Shown here: positions 1 through 9,567 of the stretch, piece after piece
Position numbering within the stretch: the stretch's first letter is position 1
How the letters are laid out: each line of letters starts with the position of its first letter
From: Polyangiales bacterium
GTDB lineage: Bacteria; Myxococcota_A; Polyangia; Polyangiales; Polyangiaceae
Assembly: GCA_038230375.1 (NCBI GenBank)
Contig: JBBRNJ010000061.1
Location: 1-56,056, forward strand
Length of the DNA: 56,056 nt
Direction: 5' to 3'
Translations under genes and position numbers: made by a program
Notes under the pieces: generated by a model
Databases searched by the model: none
Told to the model about the DNA's origin: nothing
Seen by the model: only the letters and a program-made list of their open reading frames with translations

Positions 1-1068
1 CTTGCCGAACGTGGAGCGCAGCTTGTCGCGCTCCTGCAGGCCGTCCACCATCTGGTTGAAGCCTTCGGCCAGGTTCTCGAGTTCGTCGCCGGTCTTGTAG
101 ATGTCGACCTTCACGTACTCCTGCTTTTCGAGCTTCTTCAGCGCCTCGTTCACGCGCGACAGTGCCTTGCTCATCATGCTGGCAAGGCGCGCGCCCCACG
201 CCACCGACGCGAGCGCCGACACGAGCAACGCAGCGAGCGCGACGCCGAAGTTCTTTCGCACGATCGAGCGGATGTCCGTGACGTCGAGCGCCGCGACCAC
301 CTCATAGTGCGTTCGCCCGGAGCTGAACTCCTTTGGCGAGAACCGAGCCACGGCCCATGCCTCCTCGCCCTCGTCGATGATGACCGGCTTCGCGCCCTGC
401 GCGGTGGTGCCGCCACCTGGGAAATGGTCGCTCCTGCTGAGCACCTCGTTGGACCCCACCGGCATCAGCGCAAGCTCGAGGCCGAGCTTCAGAGATGCAT
501 TGTGCAGGTATCGACGATCGATCGGCAGGCAGAGCACAACGGCCCCGCCGCCCTTCATGGGCAGGGCGATCGTGTAGGCCGGCATCGAGTCCTTCTGCGC
601 CTCGCAGCCGGTGGGCAGCATGCCGCGGTAGGTCTCGCCAGCCATGACCTTGGCGAGCTCGGGGATCGCATCGATCGCCTGGTGTGGCGTCTGACACCCG
701 AGCTGCGAATAGACCTTCCCCGCGCGGTCCGCGAACAGGATGTCGACGTCGGGGTAGACGTCGTGGAACTCCTTCGCGATGCGGTCGGCGACGCGAGCCT
801 CGTCGCCAGTGACGGCCTTCTGACCCTCGGAGGTTGCCTGGCTGGTGAGCACGATCAGGCGCGCGGCGATCTCGAGGTCGGCGAGGTCGTCGTCCACCTC
901 CGTCTGGAACGAGATCTTCACCTCCTCCACGCGATCGTCCACCTCGTCCACGAGCTGCTTCTTGGTCTGCCACGACAGCACCGGAAGGATGGCGAGCGTG
1001 ACGGCGACGGAGAGCGCAACGAGAGCGGTGAGCTTCGCGCGGACGGTCTGGAGGCGGAACACGCTCAT
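1..1068 (-). CDS. Membrane sensor with HAMP domain, probable class III adenylate/guanylate cyclase (partial, runs off window start)
   Basis: Not in the ORF track; my translation from ATG 1068 is open to base 1: MSVFRLQTVRAKLTALVALSVAVTLAIL (TM1), extracytoplasmic region, TM2 (FGVALAALLVSALASVAWG), HAMP (TGDELENLAEGFNQMVDGLQERDKLRSTFGK). The ..ERD.LR.TFG. junction typically precedes a class III cyclase domain, which lies outside the window. Confidence 0.75.
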   Translation of the reverse strand, partial: MSVFRLQTVRAKLTALVALSVAVTLAILPVLSWQTKKQLVDEVDDRVEEVKISFQTEVDDDLADLEIAARLIVLTSQATSEGQKAVTGDEARVADRIAKEFHDVYPDVDILFADRAGKVYSQLGCQTPHQAIDAIPELAKVMAGETYRGMLPTGCEAQKDSMPAYTIALPMKGGGAVVLCLPIDRRYLHNASLKLGLELALMPVGSNEVLSRSDHFPGGGTTAQGAKPVIIDEGEEAWAVARFSPKEFSSGRTHYEVVAALDVTDIRSIVRKNFGVALAALLVSALASVAWGARLASMMSKALSRVNEALKKLEKQEYVKVDIYKTGDELENLAEGFNQMVDGLQERDKLRSTFGK

Positions 1069-1183
1069 CGGTGTCGAGGATATCGGCACACGACTGCACT
1101 GGCTTAAGAAATCGCAATGTACCTGGAATTGCTCGCGCCGCATCCATGGACGATTCACGCAAAGCGCACTAATCCCCTGCTCG

Positions 1184-2032
1184 ATGGACTGGCCGGACAA
1201 GAAACCAGGTGGGCTCGACGCAAGCGAGAAGGCAAGCCTGGGCAAGGGCGTCTTCAAGAAGTGCGACGGCTGCGGCGAGACGCTGACGACGGAGACCTTG
1301 CACGCAAGCTTCGAGGTCTGCACCTGCGGGCACCACCACAAGTTGTCTGCCGCGCGATGGCGCGTCCTCTTGCTCGACGACGGGCACCTTGACGAGTGGG
1401 ACGCGGGCCTCTCGCCTGCGGACCCGCTCAAGTTCGTGGACGACAAGCCCTATCCGGAGCGCGTGGCCACGGCGAAGAAGGGCACCAAGGCGAACGAGGC
1501 GATCGAGATCGGGCGGGCAAAGATCCACCGCAAGCCCATCGCCTACGGCTCCTTCGTGTTCTCGTTCATGGGCGGGAGTATGGGCAGCGTCGTGGGCGAC
1601 AAGATCGCCCGTCTGTTCGAGCGGGCCGCCGAAGAGAAGCTCCCCGTGGTCCTCCTCTCCGCGTCTGGCGGTGCGCGCATGCAGGAAGGCATCCTGTCAC
1701 TGATGCAGATGGCGAAGACCGTGGCAGCACGCGAACGTCATCGCGACAGCGGCCTTCCGTTCCTCAGCGTGCTCCTGCATCCCACCACCGGTGGCGTCGC
1801 CGCCAGCTTCGCGTTCCTCGGGGACGTGAACCTTGCGGAAGCTGGCGCGCTCATCGGCTTCGCAGGGCCGCGCGTCATCGAGACCACGATCCGTCAGAAG
1901 CTGCCGGACGGCTTCCAGAAGAGCGAGTTCCTGCTCGAGCACGGGATGGTCGATCGCGTCGTGAGCCGCCTGGACATGCGCGACGAGCTCGCGATGCTCA
2001 TCTCGCATCTTTGCGCGTCGCCGCGTCCGTGA
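1184..2032 (+). CDS. accD: Acetyl-CoA carboxylase carboxyltransferase beta subunit
   Basis: Zn ribbon CDGC..CTCG, FMGGSMGSVVG, SASGGARMQEG, PTTGGVAASFA, LIGFAGPRVIE, FQKSEFLLEHG; directly upstream of folC. Start placed at ATG 1184 within ORF 845..2032. Confidence 0.97.
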   Translation: MDWPDKKPGGLDASEKASLGKGVFKKCDGCGETLTTETLHASFEVCTCGHHHKLSAARWRVLLLDDGHLDEWDAGLSPADPLKFVDDKPYPERVATAKKGTKANEAIEIGRAKIHRKPIAYGSFVFSFMGGSMGSVVGDKIARLFERAAEEKLPVVLLSASGGARMQEGILSLMQMAKTVAARERHRDSGLPFLSVLLHPTTGGVAASFAFLGDVNLAEAGALIGFAGPRVIETTIRQKLPDGFQKSEFLLEHGMVDRVVSRLDMRDELAMLISHLCASPRP

Positions 2033-3258
2033 CGCCGCTCTCCCCTCCCCTTGCCGAGCTCTACGCGCGTGCGCCGCGGGGGATCGAGCTCGGGCTCGCG
2101 CCCATCCGTGACGCATGCGCGAAGACCGGACATCCGGAGCGCGCGGCGAAGCTGACCGCTCATGTCGCGGGCACGAATGGCAAGGGCTCCGTCGCCGCCA
2201 TGCTGGAGAGCATCGCCCGGCTCGGCGGGCATCGCACCGGGCTCTACACCTCGCCGCACCTGTGTCGCTTTGCCGAGCGCATCCGGCTGCAGGGAGAGCC
2301 GCTCGACGACGCTCGGCTCGCAGACGCCGTGGGACGCGCGCTGGCGGTCGTTCCGCCGCTCACGTTCTTCGAGGCCGCGACGCTCGCTGCGTTCCTGGTC
2401 TTCCGGGACGCGGACGTGACGGCGCAGATCATCGAGGTCGGTCTGGGCGGGCGTCTGGACGCGACGAACGTGATCGAGACACCCACGGTCACGGTGATCA
2501 CGCGCATCGACTTCGATCACATGGACAGGCTGGGGAACACGAAGGCGGAGATCGCGCGAGAAAAAGCAGGGATCGCGAAGCCCGACGTCCCGCTCGTCCT
2601 GGGCCCACTGGATGCGGAGTCGCGCGATGCGATCCTTCTCGTGGCCAAGCGCGCTCGCGCCAAGATCGTCTTTGCGATGGAAGATGCGGACGCACGCGCG
2701 CTCTCGGCCCGCGCCACGCTGAAGCTTCCGGGCGAGCACCAGCTCACGAACGCGACGATCGCAGCGTGCGCGGCTCGGTTCCTTGGCGCGACGGACGACC
2801 AGATCGTTCGCGGGCTCTCGCTCGCGGAGTGGCCGGGTCGGCTGGAGACCGTGGTCGCGCGCGGAAGGAGCTTCTTGCTGGACGCGGCACACAACCCGGA
2901 CGGCGCGCGCGCGCTCGCCGCGCATCTGGTGCGCACCTTTGACGTGGAGCGCGGCGCGGACGTGCTGGTGTTCGGCGCGCTCGCGGACAAGGCGTGGCGC
3001 ACCATGCTTCCCATCCTTGCGCCGCATGCGAAGGCCCGCGTCTACGTGACGCCGCAAGGCCGCGCGCCGGCACCCGTGGCCGAGCTCGCGAAGCTTGCCC
3101 CTGGCCACGAGGCGACGTCTGCGGAGGATGCCATTGCCCGTGCGCTGGCGCTGTCGCCGGACGGCGGAACGATCGTGGTATCGGGGTCCATGTACCTGGT
3201 GGGAGAGATCCGCGCCGCGTTGCTGGGCCTGCCAAGGGACCCGCCCGTCGCGCTCTGA
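2029..3258 (+). CDS. folC: Folylpolyglutamate synthase/dihydrofolate synthase
   Basis: HVAGTNGKGS P-loop, YTSPHL, TFFE, EVGLGGRLDATNV, DHMDRLG..IAREKAGI, WPGRLE, LDAAHNPDG, GSMYLVG; GTGA overlap with the accD stop. Confidence 0.96.
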   Translation: MTPLSPPLAELYARAPRGIELGLAPIRDACAKTGHPERAAKLTAHVAGTNGKGSVAAMLESIARLGGHRTGLYTSPHLCRFAERIRLQGEPLDDARLADAVGRALAVVPPLTFFEAATLAAFLVFRDADVTAQIIEVGLGGRLDATNVIETPTVTVITRIDFDHMDRLGNTKAEIAREKAGIAKPDVPLVLGPLDAESRDAILLVAKRARAKIVFAMEDADARALSARATLKLPGEHQLTNATIAACAARFLGATDDQIVRGLSLAEWPGRLETVVARGRSFLLDAAHNPDGARALAAHLVRTFDVERGADVLVFGALADKAWRTMLPILAPHAKARVYVTPQGRAPAPVAELAKLAPGHEATSAEDAIARALALSPDGGTIVVSGSMYLVGEIRAALLGLPRDPPVAL

Positions 3259-3286
3259 AATCGCGCTCTGACGCCGCCCTCTGAAA
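3248..3286. repeat. Three tandem imperfect 13-bp units spanning the folC stop
   Basis: TCGCGCTCTGAAA / TCGCGCTCTGACG / CCGCCCTCTGAAA at 3248, 3261 and 3274. Confidence 0.8.
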
Positions 3287-3304
3287 CCCCTTGTAGAGAA
3301 GGGG
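3287..3304. promoter_or_regulatory. Short inverted repeat (hairpin or operator) between folC and yajQ
   Basis: CCCCTT-GTAGAG-AAGGGG; followed only by CTT, so at best a weak terminator. Confidence 0.35.
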
Positions 3305-3360
3305 CTTGGCCGTGTATCCGATGATCCCGTCACTGTCGGCGGGGAACGAAGGAGCCAGAG

Positions 3361-3846
3361 ATGCCGAGCTTCGACATCGTCTCGAAAGTTCCCTGGAACG
3401 AGGTCGAGAACGCGCTGAACCAGGCCCAGAAGGAGCTATCGCAGCGCTTCGATTTCAAGGGCACCGACACCGAGATCACGAACGACGAGGAGTCGATCAC
3501 CGTGATCTCCTCGAGCGAGGAGCGCGTGAAGGCCGCGTGGGAGGTGTTGCAGGAGAAGCTCATCAAGCGCAAGGTGAGCCTCAAGTTCTTCGAGGCGGAG
3601 AAGCCCACGAAGACGAGCAAAGGCGGCGGTCGCATCGACGTGAAGGTCAAGGAAGGCATCACGCAGGAGCCCGCAAAGAAGCTCATCCAGATGATCAAGG
3701 ACGAGAAGATCAAGGTCCAGGCGAGCATCCAGGAGGCGCAGGTGCGCGTCTCCGGCAAGAACAAGGACGACCTGCAGAAAGCCATGCAGCTGGTGCGCGG
3801 CGCCGACCTCGGCATCGTGCTCTCCTTCAACAACTTCAGAGAATGA
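3361..3846 (+). CDS. yajQ: YajQ family cyclic di-GMP/nucleotide-binding protein
   Basis: MPSFDIVS..NALNQA.KE..RFDFKG, KVQASIQ..VRVSGK.KDDLQ, ends F.NFRE; AAGGAG SD upstream. Confidence 0.96.
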   Translation: MPSFDIVSKVPWNEVENALNQAQKELSQRFDFKGTDTEITNDEESITVISSSEERVKAAWEVLQEKLIKRKVSLKFFEAEKPTKTSKGGGRIDVKVKEGITQEPAKKLIQMIKDEKIKVQASIQEAQVRVSGKNKDDLQKAMQLVRGADLGIVLSFNNFRE

Positions 3847-3852
3847 GCGGAC

Positions 3853-5304
3853 ATGTCCCAAGGTCGCACCAGCATCAAGCCCCATAGCCTCCGGCCGCAG
3901 GCGGAAAAGCCCGCCAGACCGCACGCGGAGAAACCTGCGAAGGAGCGCGCGCGTGAGCTCTTCGGCACGGACGGCATTCGCGGCGTCGCCAATACGCACC
4001 CCATGCTTCCGGAGCTCGCGCTCGCGCTGGGGCGCGCGGTCACGTTCGTGGCGAGCCGCAATCGCGCGCAGTCACCGCGCATCGTGATCGGGAAGGACAC
4101 GCGCCTGTCCGGCTACATGCTGGAGACGGCCATCGCGTCGGGCATCTGCTCCATGGGCGGACGCGTGCTCCTGTGCGGTCCCATTCCCACGCCGGCGGTG
4201 GCGCACCTCACCACGAGCATGCGCGCGGACGCAGGCATAGTGATCAGCGCGAGCCACAACCCGTACGACGACAACGGCATCAAGATCTTCGGCCGCGACG
4301 GCTTCAAGCTGCCGGACGCGCTCGAGGCAGAGATCGAGGAGCTGATGGCGGACACGGCGCGCCTTCCGCGGCCCACGGGCCCCGGCATCGGCCGCGCGGA
4401 GAAGTTCGAGGACGGCCGCGGGCGCTACGTGACGTTCGTGAAGAACAGCTTCCCGCGCGAGCTCACGCTCGAGGGAATGCGCGTGGTCGTGGATGCCGCG
4501 CACGGCGCCGCGTATCGCGTCGCCCCGCTGGTCTTCGCCGAGCTCGGCGCGCATCTCACTGCGATCGGCGTGAAGCCGAACGGCACGAACATCAACCACG
4601 ACGCCGGCGCGCTCCATCCGGACAAGCTGCGCGCGGACGTGGTGAAGCGAAACGCGGACGTGGGCATCGCGCTCGATGGCGACGCGGACAGGCTCATCGT
4701 GGTGGATGAGAAGGGTCAGGTCGTGGACGGCGACGCTGTGATGGCGATGTGCGCGCTGCGCATGCTGAAGAGCGGGCATCTGCGAAAGAAGACGCTCGTC
4801 TCCACCGTGATGAGCAACCTGGGACTGGAGCGCGCACTCGAGGCACGTGGCGGCAAGCTGGTTCGCACGGCCGTTGGTGATCGCTACGTCGTCGAGTGCA
4901 TGCGAGAGCACGGCTACAACCTGGGCGGCGAGCAGTCAGGTCACCTTGTGTTCCTGGATCACGCGACCACGGGCGACGGCATCGTCGCCGCGCTCCGCGT
5001 GCTCGAGATCATGGTGCGCGAGGGCAAGCCGCTCTCCGAGCTGGCGAAAGAGGCCATGGAGCGCGTGCCGCAGATCCTGGAGAACGTGAGCCTACCGGCG
5101 CGCCGCGCGATCAGCGACATGCCGAAGCTCACCGCCGGCATCGAGAAGGTGGAGCGCGCGCTGGGGGATGAGGGGCGCGTGCTGGTCCGCTGGAGCGGCA
5201 CGGAGCCCAAGCTGCGCATCATGATCGAGGGCCCGAAGGAGGACGTGATCAGACGCATGGCCCACGAGCTCGCGGATCTCGCGCGCGCGGATCTGAACAA
5301 CTAG
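3853..5304 (+). CDS. glmM: Phosphoglucosamine mutase
   Basis: [33 protein letters not shown] (phosphoserine loop), DGDADR, VGDRYV, GGEQSGH, TTGDG, R.SGTEP; about 33-aa N-terminal extension. Confidence 0.97.
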   Translation: MSQGRTSIKPHSLRPQAEKPARPHAEKPAKERARELFGTDGIRGVANTHPMLPELALALGRAVTFVASRNRAQSPRIVIGKDTRLSGYMLETAIASGICSMGGRVLLCGPIPTPAVAHLTTSMRADAGIVISASHNPYDDNGIKIFGRDGFKLPDALEAEIEELMADTARLPRPTGPGIGRAEKFEDGRGRYVTFVKNSFPRELTLEGMRVVVDAAHGAAYRVAPLVFAELGAHLTAIGVKPNGTNINHDAGALHPDKLRADVVKRNADVGIALDGDADRLIVVDEKGQVVDGDAVMAMCALRMLKSGHLRKKTLVSTVMSNLGLERALEARGGKLVRTAVGDRYVVECMREHGYNLGGEQSGHLVFLDHATTGDGIVAALRVLEIMVREGKPLSELAKEAMERVPQILENVSLPARRAISDMPKLTAGIEKVERALGDEGRVLVRWSGTEPKLRIMIEGPKEDVIRRMAHELADLARADLNN

Positions 5305-5311
5305 GCTCGGA

Positions 5312-6031
5312 ATGGCCGATCGTACGAACGCGCATCCTCGCACCGCGACCGAAGTACTCGGCACGGTGCCCACGCCCAGAGGCTTTCTGCGGTCGCTGTC
5401 GCGCGTCGTGGTCATCTACCGGGTGGCCTCTCGCGCGCCCAACGTGCGCGAGGCGATGGACTACCGCGCCACCGCGGAGACGCCGGCCGGCACGCTCGCG
5501 AGCCCCGACGTGCTGAAAAAGGCCGCGGAGCTGCGGCTTCGCTTCGTGGGCGTCTACGAGTACTTCGGCCTCGTCGGCTGGCTCCCGCGCGAGGCGTGGG
5601 TGACGGATGATGGTGTTGCGCGCCTCTCCGCGCGACGCGACAAGGCGGGCCCGATCGAGGAGGCCATGTCCTCGTACTACTTCTGCACCACCTTCGACGA
5701 TGGGACCGCGATCGTCACGTACTCGAAGCCAGAGCCGCCAATCGCCACGAGCGAACGCTCCGAGTCCCAGGGAGGCACGGGGGATCTGGTCGCTGATCTG
5801 GACAGGCACAAAAAGGCCGTGGAGCGCCGGCTGCTGGCGACCCCCGACATCCACCCGATTCTCGTCGAGACTGTCGACGACTGCCGTGCACTCTCCGTCC
5901 ACCATGATCGCTTCGCCTGCTCTGACCAGAGCCTGTCGTCGATCTTCAGCATCAGGCTGTTCGGCTGGGGCGTGCCTGCGGCCGTCGTTGTCGTGGTCCT
6001 GTTGACGCTGCTACGCCTCCTCCACCGCTGA
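5312..6031 (+). CDS. Hypothetical protein with C-terminal TM helix
   Basis: 239-aa ORF 7 nt after glmM, coding-like composition, hydrophobic C-terminus (GWGVPAAVVVVVLLTLL). Confidence 0.7.
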   Translation: MADRTNAHPRTATEVLGTVPTPRGFLRSLSRVVVIYRVASRAPNVREAMDYRATAETPAGTLASPDVLKKAAELRLRFVGVYEYFGLVGWLPREAWVTDDGVARLSARRDKAGPIEEAMSSYYFCTTFDDGTAIVTYSKPEPPIATSERSESQGGTGDLVADLDRHKKAVERRLLATPDIHPILVETVDDCRALSVHHDRFACSDQSLSSIFSIRLFGWGVPAAVVVVVLLTLLRLLHR

Positions 6032-6050
6032 GCGGAGTCGTGAGCAGAAC

Positions 6051-7472
6051 TCAGTTCTCTGGAACTGGCGTCGGGACCTGCGTCTGATCGATGAGGCTGC
6101 CGATGTTGTTCACCTCGGCATCGCGGCCGCCGAGCTGCCCCGTCATGCCCGTGAAGTTCCACTCCAGGAACTTCACGATCGACGAGTGCTCCATCACCAC
6201 GTGGGACACGTAGTTCTTCTTCGCAAAGCGACCAATCGCGAGGAGCGGGACGCGCGTGCCGTAGGGTTGGTTGTCCACGGCGCTCGTGGCCGGCGGCTTG
6301 ATGTGATCGAAGAAGCCGCCGCCCTCGTCCCACGTGAGCAGGATCAGCGTGTTGTCCTTGTAGTCAGGCGACGTCAGGATCTTCTGCACCGCGCCGCGCA
6401 CGAACGCCACGCCCGACGAGATGGTGTCGCCATAGCCGGGGTGCTCGTTCATGTACGTGACGGCCTTGAGGAACGACACGTTCGGGAGCGTCTTCATGCC
6501 GATCGCCTTGCCGTACTCCGCGTAGTCCTTCATGTACGAGTGGTTGTTCTGGAACTGCGCGTAGTACTCGAACGGCACGTCACCCGGATCGTAGACGCAG
6601 GGCAGCGTGGGCAGACCCAGCGGGCAGTCCGGCGGCGCCGACGGACACGAGAACAGGGGCGTGGCGTACATCACGTCGAAGCCAACGGCGAAGTCGGCGA
6701 AGGTCGCGCCCGCATTGAGCACCACGTCCGCGGACGTCATCTGGCCGTTGTACGTGATGGTGCCCACGATCGGATCCGCGCAGCCATGCCCGGTGGCCGC
6801 GGGCTCGTACGTGTTGTCGGTGAAGACGTACTTCGCGGAGGCCAGGTACATGTCGTTCGACGAGGTCTGTCCGACGATCGGCTGGAAATACCGGTCTGCG
6901 ATGGCGTAGTCGTTCGCGTAGTCCAGGTATGGCTGGATGACGGAGGCCGGTGCGATCGCAAAGTTGCCGGCATTCGAGCACGCGGCGCCTTGCGTGTACT
7001 TGTCCATCGCGCCGCCGTTCATCTCGGACAGCTCGCAAGCCTGCGTGTGATTCGGATCGTGCGCGCCGTTCTGTTTGTCGTCGAGGGCGACGGGCGAAGA
7101 GCCGCTCGGCTCGGTGTCGGGCGCCGCCTCGCAGCATGCGGGTCCCGTGTTGCACGACGGGTTGGAGCCAGAAGGCGCAGTGCAGTAGCGCCCGAAGTAC
7201 GTGTCGAAGGTGTGGTTCTCCTGCACGATGACGACGACGTGCTCGATCTTCGACGGACCCGCGTCCACGACCGCGGCGTCGCCGGAGTCCGTCGCCCCTG
7301 CGTCTGTCGGAAGGATCACCGTGCCGGCATCGTTGTCCGGCGAAGCCGCTTCCGCTGCCTGTCCACCATCGCTCGTGTCTGTACCCCCGCCACCAGAGCC
7401 ACCAGAGGAGCCGCACGCGAAGCCAATCGCTCCAGCGAGCACCACACCGAACGTCACCGAGGTGCCACGCAT
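6051..7472 (-). CDS. Phosphoesterase family (phospholipase C/acid phosphatase-like) lipoprotein
   Basis: Lipobox (IGFAC), DAG linker, KIEHVVVIVQENHTFDTYFG, LP.VSF, NEHP, LLTWDEGGGFFDHI.PP, G.RVP, HSSIVKFLE. Confidence 0.9.
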   Translation of the reverse strand: MRGTSVTFGVVLAGAIGFACGSSGGSGGGGTDTSDGGQAAEAASPDNDAGTVILPTDAGATDSGDAAVVDAGPSKIEHVVVIVQENHTFDTYFGRYCTAPSGSNPSCNTGPACCEAAPDTEPSGSSPVALDDKQNGAHDPNHTQACELSEMNGGAMDKYTQGAACSNAGNFAIAPASVIQPYLDYANDYAIADRYFQPIVGQTSSNDMYLASAKYVFTDNTYEPAATGHGCADPIVGTITYNGQMTSADVVLNAGATFADFAVGFDVMYATPLFSCPSAPPDCPLGLPTLPCVYDPGDVPFEYYAQFQNNHSYMKDYAEYGKAIGMKTLPNVSFLKAVTYMNEHPGYGDTISSGVAFVRGAVQKILTSPDYKDNTLILLTWDEGGGFFDHIKPPATSAVDNQPYGTRVPLLAIGRFAKKNYVSHVVMEHSSIVKFLEWNFTGMTGQLGGRDAEVNNIGSLIDQTQVPTPVPEN

Positions 7473-7493
7473 GCTTCACTCAATAGTAGCTAA

Positions 7494-7871
7494 CTCTGGG
7501 ACAGTTGCTCGAAACCATCTGGCGTGTTCGATGCCACGCGTGTTGGCCTCGCCGGACACTCGCGCGGCGGACAGGTATCACTGCTCGCTGCCGAGAACGG
7601 GCTATCCGGAAAGACGAAGGGCCTCTTCCTGCTCGACCCGGTCGACAACGCCAGCGCCTCGGTGAAGCCGAAGATCTCGATGCTCGGTGTGCCGCTGGCA
7701 ATGCTCGGTGAGACCACCGACTCGAGCGGCGGGGTCGGCGGAATGGACTGCGCGCCCGCCGCCGACAACTACGCTTCCATGTACGCTCTTGCGGCCTCAC
7801 CCGCGCTGTCGATCACCGCGGTCGGTGCCGACCACGTGATGTTCGAGGATCCCGCGAAAGGCGGGCACCCT
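7494..7871 (+). pseudogene. Internal fragment of a chlorophyllase/cutinase-like alpha/beta hydrolase
   Basis: DATRVGLAGHSRGG (nucleophile elbow), LLDPVD, CAP..NY, GADHVMF; in-frame TAA at 7491 only about 20 codons before the Ser motif; similarity ends where the antisense gene ends (7872). Confidence 0.7.
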
Positions 7872-8366
7872 TCAGATCATCTCGAAGTAGCGCGTGTGGA
7901 TCGCGACGGCAACGAGCAGTGCGATCTCCTTCGGGGCGAGGTCGCTCGGCTCGACGGTGAAGCGATCGCGGACCTTCGTGAAGCCCTCCTTCTTCGTCAC
8001 GCTCATGGCGACCTTGCCGTCGGTGTCGACGCAGGAGAAGTTGTAGAGCGTGGAGAGGACGCCGGCGTCCGCGTGGTATTGCTTGTCGCCGATGGTGAGC
8101 GCGAGCTTCTTCTTGAAGGCGATCGTGGGGAAATCCACCTTCGCGAGCTCCTTGCCCTTCGACGCGATCACGAAGTGCGTCTTGTTGAAGTTGCCCTTCA
8201 GGTGGGCGAGCTCTTCGTTCGTCTTTTCTTCCCAGAGCGTGCACGAGGGTCGCGGGCTCATGAGCTCCGCCTTCACGTGGAAGCTCACATCCTCCTGACC
8301 TACTTCGCGCACGTCGTAATAGGTGGCGAGCGACATCAGACGCTGGGTGAGCTCGTATGAAGGCAT
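7872..8366 (-). CDS. LURP-one/tubby C-terminal (scramblase-like) family protein
   Basis: YELTQRLMSLATYYDV start, beta-rich body, ..RDRFTVE..IALLVAVAIH terminal helix typical of the family. Confidence 0.75.
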   Translation of the reverse strand: MPSYELTQRLMSLATYYDVREVGQEDVSFHVKAELMSPRPSCTLWEEKTNEELAHLKGNFNKTHFVIASKGKELAKVDFPTIAFKKKLALTIGDKQYHADAGVLSTLYNFSCVDTDGKVAMSVTKKEGFTKVRDRFTVEPSDLAPKEIALLVAVAIHTRYFEMI

Positions 8367-8379
8367 CGTTCGAGAAGTA

Positions 8380-8904
8380 TCACTTCTCCGGCCGGCAGCC
8401 GATGGCCTTCGTGGCCGCGTCGTAGGAGCACAGATAGTAGCTCGTGACGCCGGGCTTCACGCTCGGCGGGATCTTTGGCAACCCCTCGTTGACGTATTGC
8501 TTCGCCAGCACCTCGCCTGGCTCCAGCATGGTGAGGGGAGCCATGATGGGCCGCACCACGCTGTCGCCTCCGCCCTCGGGGATGCTGACCAGCGCCAGGT
8601 CCGCGCCGCCGCCGACATTGTAGATCGCCGTGTCCGCTGCGCTCTTGAGCGAGATGGTCTTCGTCTCCAGGAGCATGAGCCCGTTGGCGGTCATCTCGTA
8701 CTCTCCGGGCGCCAGCTCCACGGGTACGGCTTGGCGCGGCTGCACGACGACATCCTTGTGGTCGAGCGTGACGGTCACCGGCGTGGGCATGCTGTTCCGG
8801 ATGACCACCAACGCCTTCTGGTCCTTGCAGCCCATCACGGCAGCGCCAACAGCGAGAAGCCCGAGCATGAGCGCAGCGAACGAGATTCCCGAACGGACCT
8901 GCAT
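8380..8904 (-). CDS. Hypothetical lipoprotein (PEGA/Ig-like beta domain)
   Basis: Signal ending VMGC; VVIRN..PVTVTLD..VELAPGEYEM beta-sandwich pattern. Confidence 0.65.
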   Translation of the reverse strand: MQVRSGISFAALMLGLLAVGAAVMGCKDQKALVVIRNSMPTPVTVTLDHKDVVVQPRQAVPVELAPGEYEMTANGLMLLETKTISLKSAADTAIYNVGGGADLALVSIPEGGGDSVVRPIMAPLTMLEPGEVLAKQYVNEGLPKIPPSVKPGVTSYYLCSYDAATKAIGCRPEK

Positions 8905-8966
8905 CCGGCATTTTGGGGCGAGGTCCACCCTCCGGTCAACTTCCATCGCGTCGTCGATGGCCAGGT

Positions 8967-9497
8967 TCAGCCCTTCGGGCTGTAGCAGCTGCCGTCCTTG
9001 TCGCAGCAGACGGTCGTCTGGAAGTCACACCAGACCTCGCTCGCGTCATCTGCCGTGGTCTTGCCCAGGCAGTCGATGAACTTCTCGCCCTCGAAGCAGG
9101 CACCGGCGCTCGCGCCCCCTAGCTTCGCCTCTGTATCGCAGTCGACGACCCACAGCTTGGCGTCGTCGCAGAAGTACAGGTTCCCGCCTTCACACTCCGC
9201 GGCGTTGTCCGGGAGCGTCTTGCAGTCGGCCACGTCGGCCTTCGCAGGCTTGCGCACCTGGCGATCGGTCGAGGCCTCGGAGAGCTTCTGAGACGCGACC
9301 GCAGGCGTGGTGCCGCCAGCGCCGCCCTTCATCGCCTTCTGCGTCGCCGGCTTCGTGCCGCGAGCGGGCACCTTGCCGGTGTACTTCACCTCGGCGAGCG
9401 TGCTCGTGGTCTGCGCCGTGTCGACCTCGGGCCCAGTCTTGGAGCATGCGAGCAGCGTGGCGACAGAAACGACGGAGAGGATGATGGCGCTTTTCAT
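8967..9497 (-). CDS. Cys-rich lipoprotein
   Basis: MKSAIILSVVSVATLLAC lipobox, T/K-rich linker, C-terminal domain with 10 Cys. The 5' part of ORF 8967..10154 is antisense shadow of the next gene. Confidence 0.8.
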   Translation of the reverse strand: MKSAIILSVVSVATLLACSKTGPEVDTAQTTSTLAEVKYTGKVPARGTKPATQKAMKGGAGGTTPAVASQKLSEASTDRQVRKPAKADVADCKTLPDNAAECEGGNLYFCDDAKLWVVDCDTEAKLGGASAGACFEGEKFIDCLGKTTADDASEVWCDFQTTVCCDKDGSCYSPKG

Positions 9498-9567
9498 GCG
9501 AAGCATCGTCGTGCGGAAAGCGCGACACGTCAACCGCTGACCGTCGTCAGTGATATCGTGGAGGGCG

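Noticed and set aside
302..1162. ORF-track calls 302..1162(-) and 307..1107(+)
   Set aside because: Wrong frame or strand; the real gene is the minus-strand frame 1068..1 that runs off the window.
7872..8360. C-terminal half of ORF 7524..8360 as a real hydrolase domain
   Set aside because: It is the antisense of the LURP-like gene; hydrolase similarity stops at about 7870.
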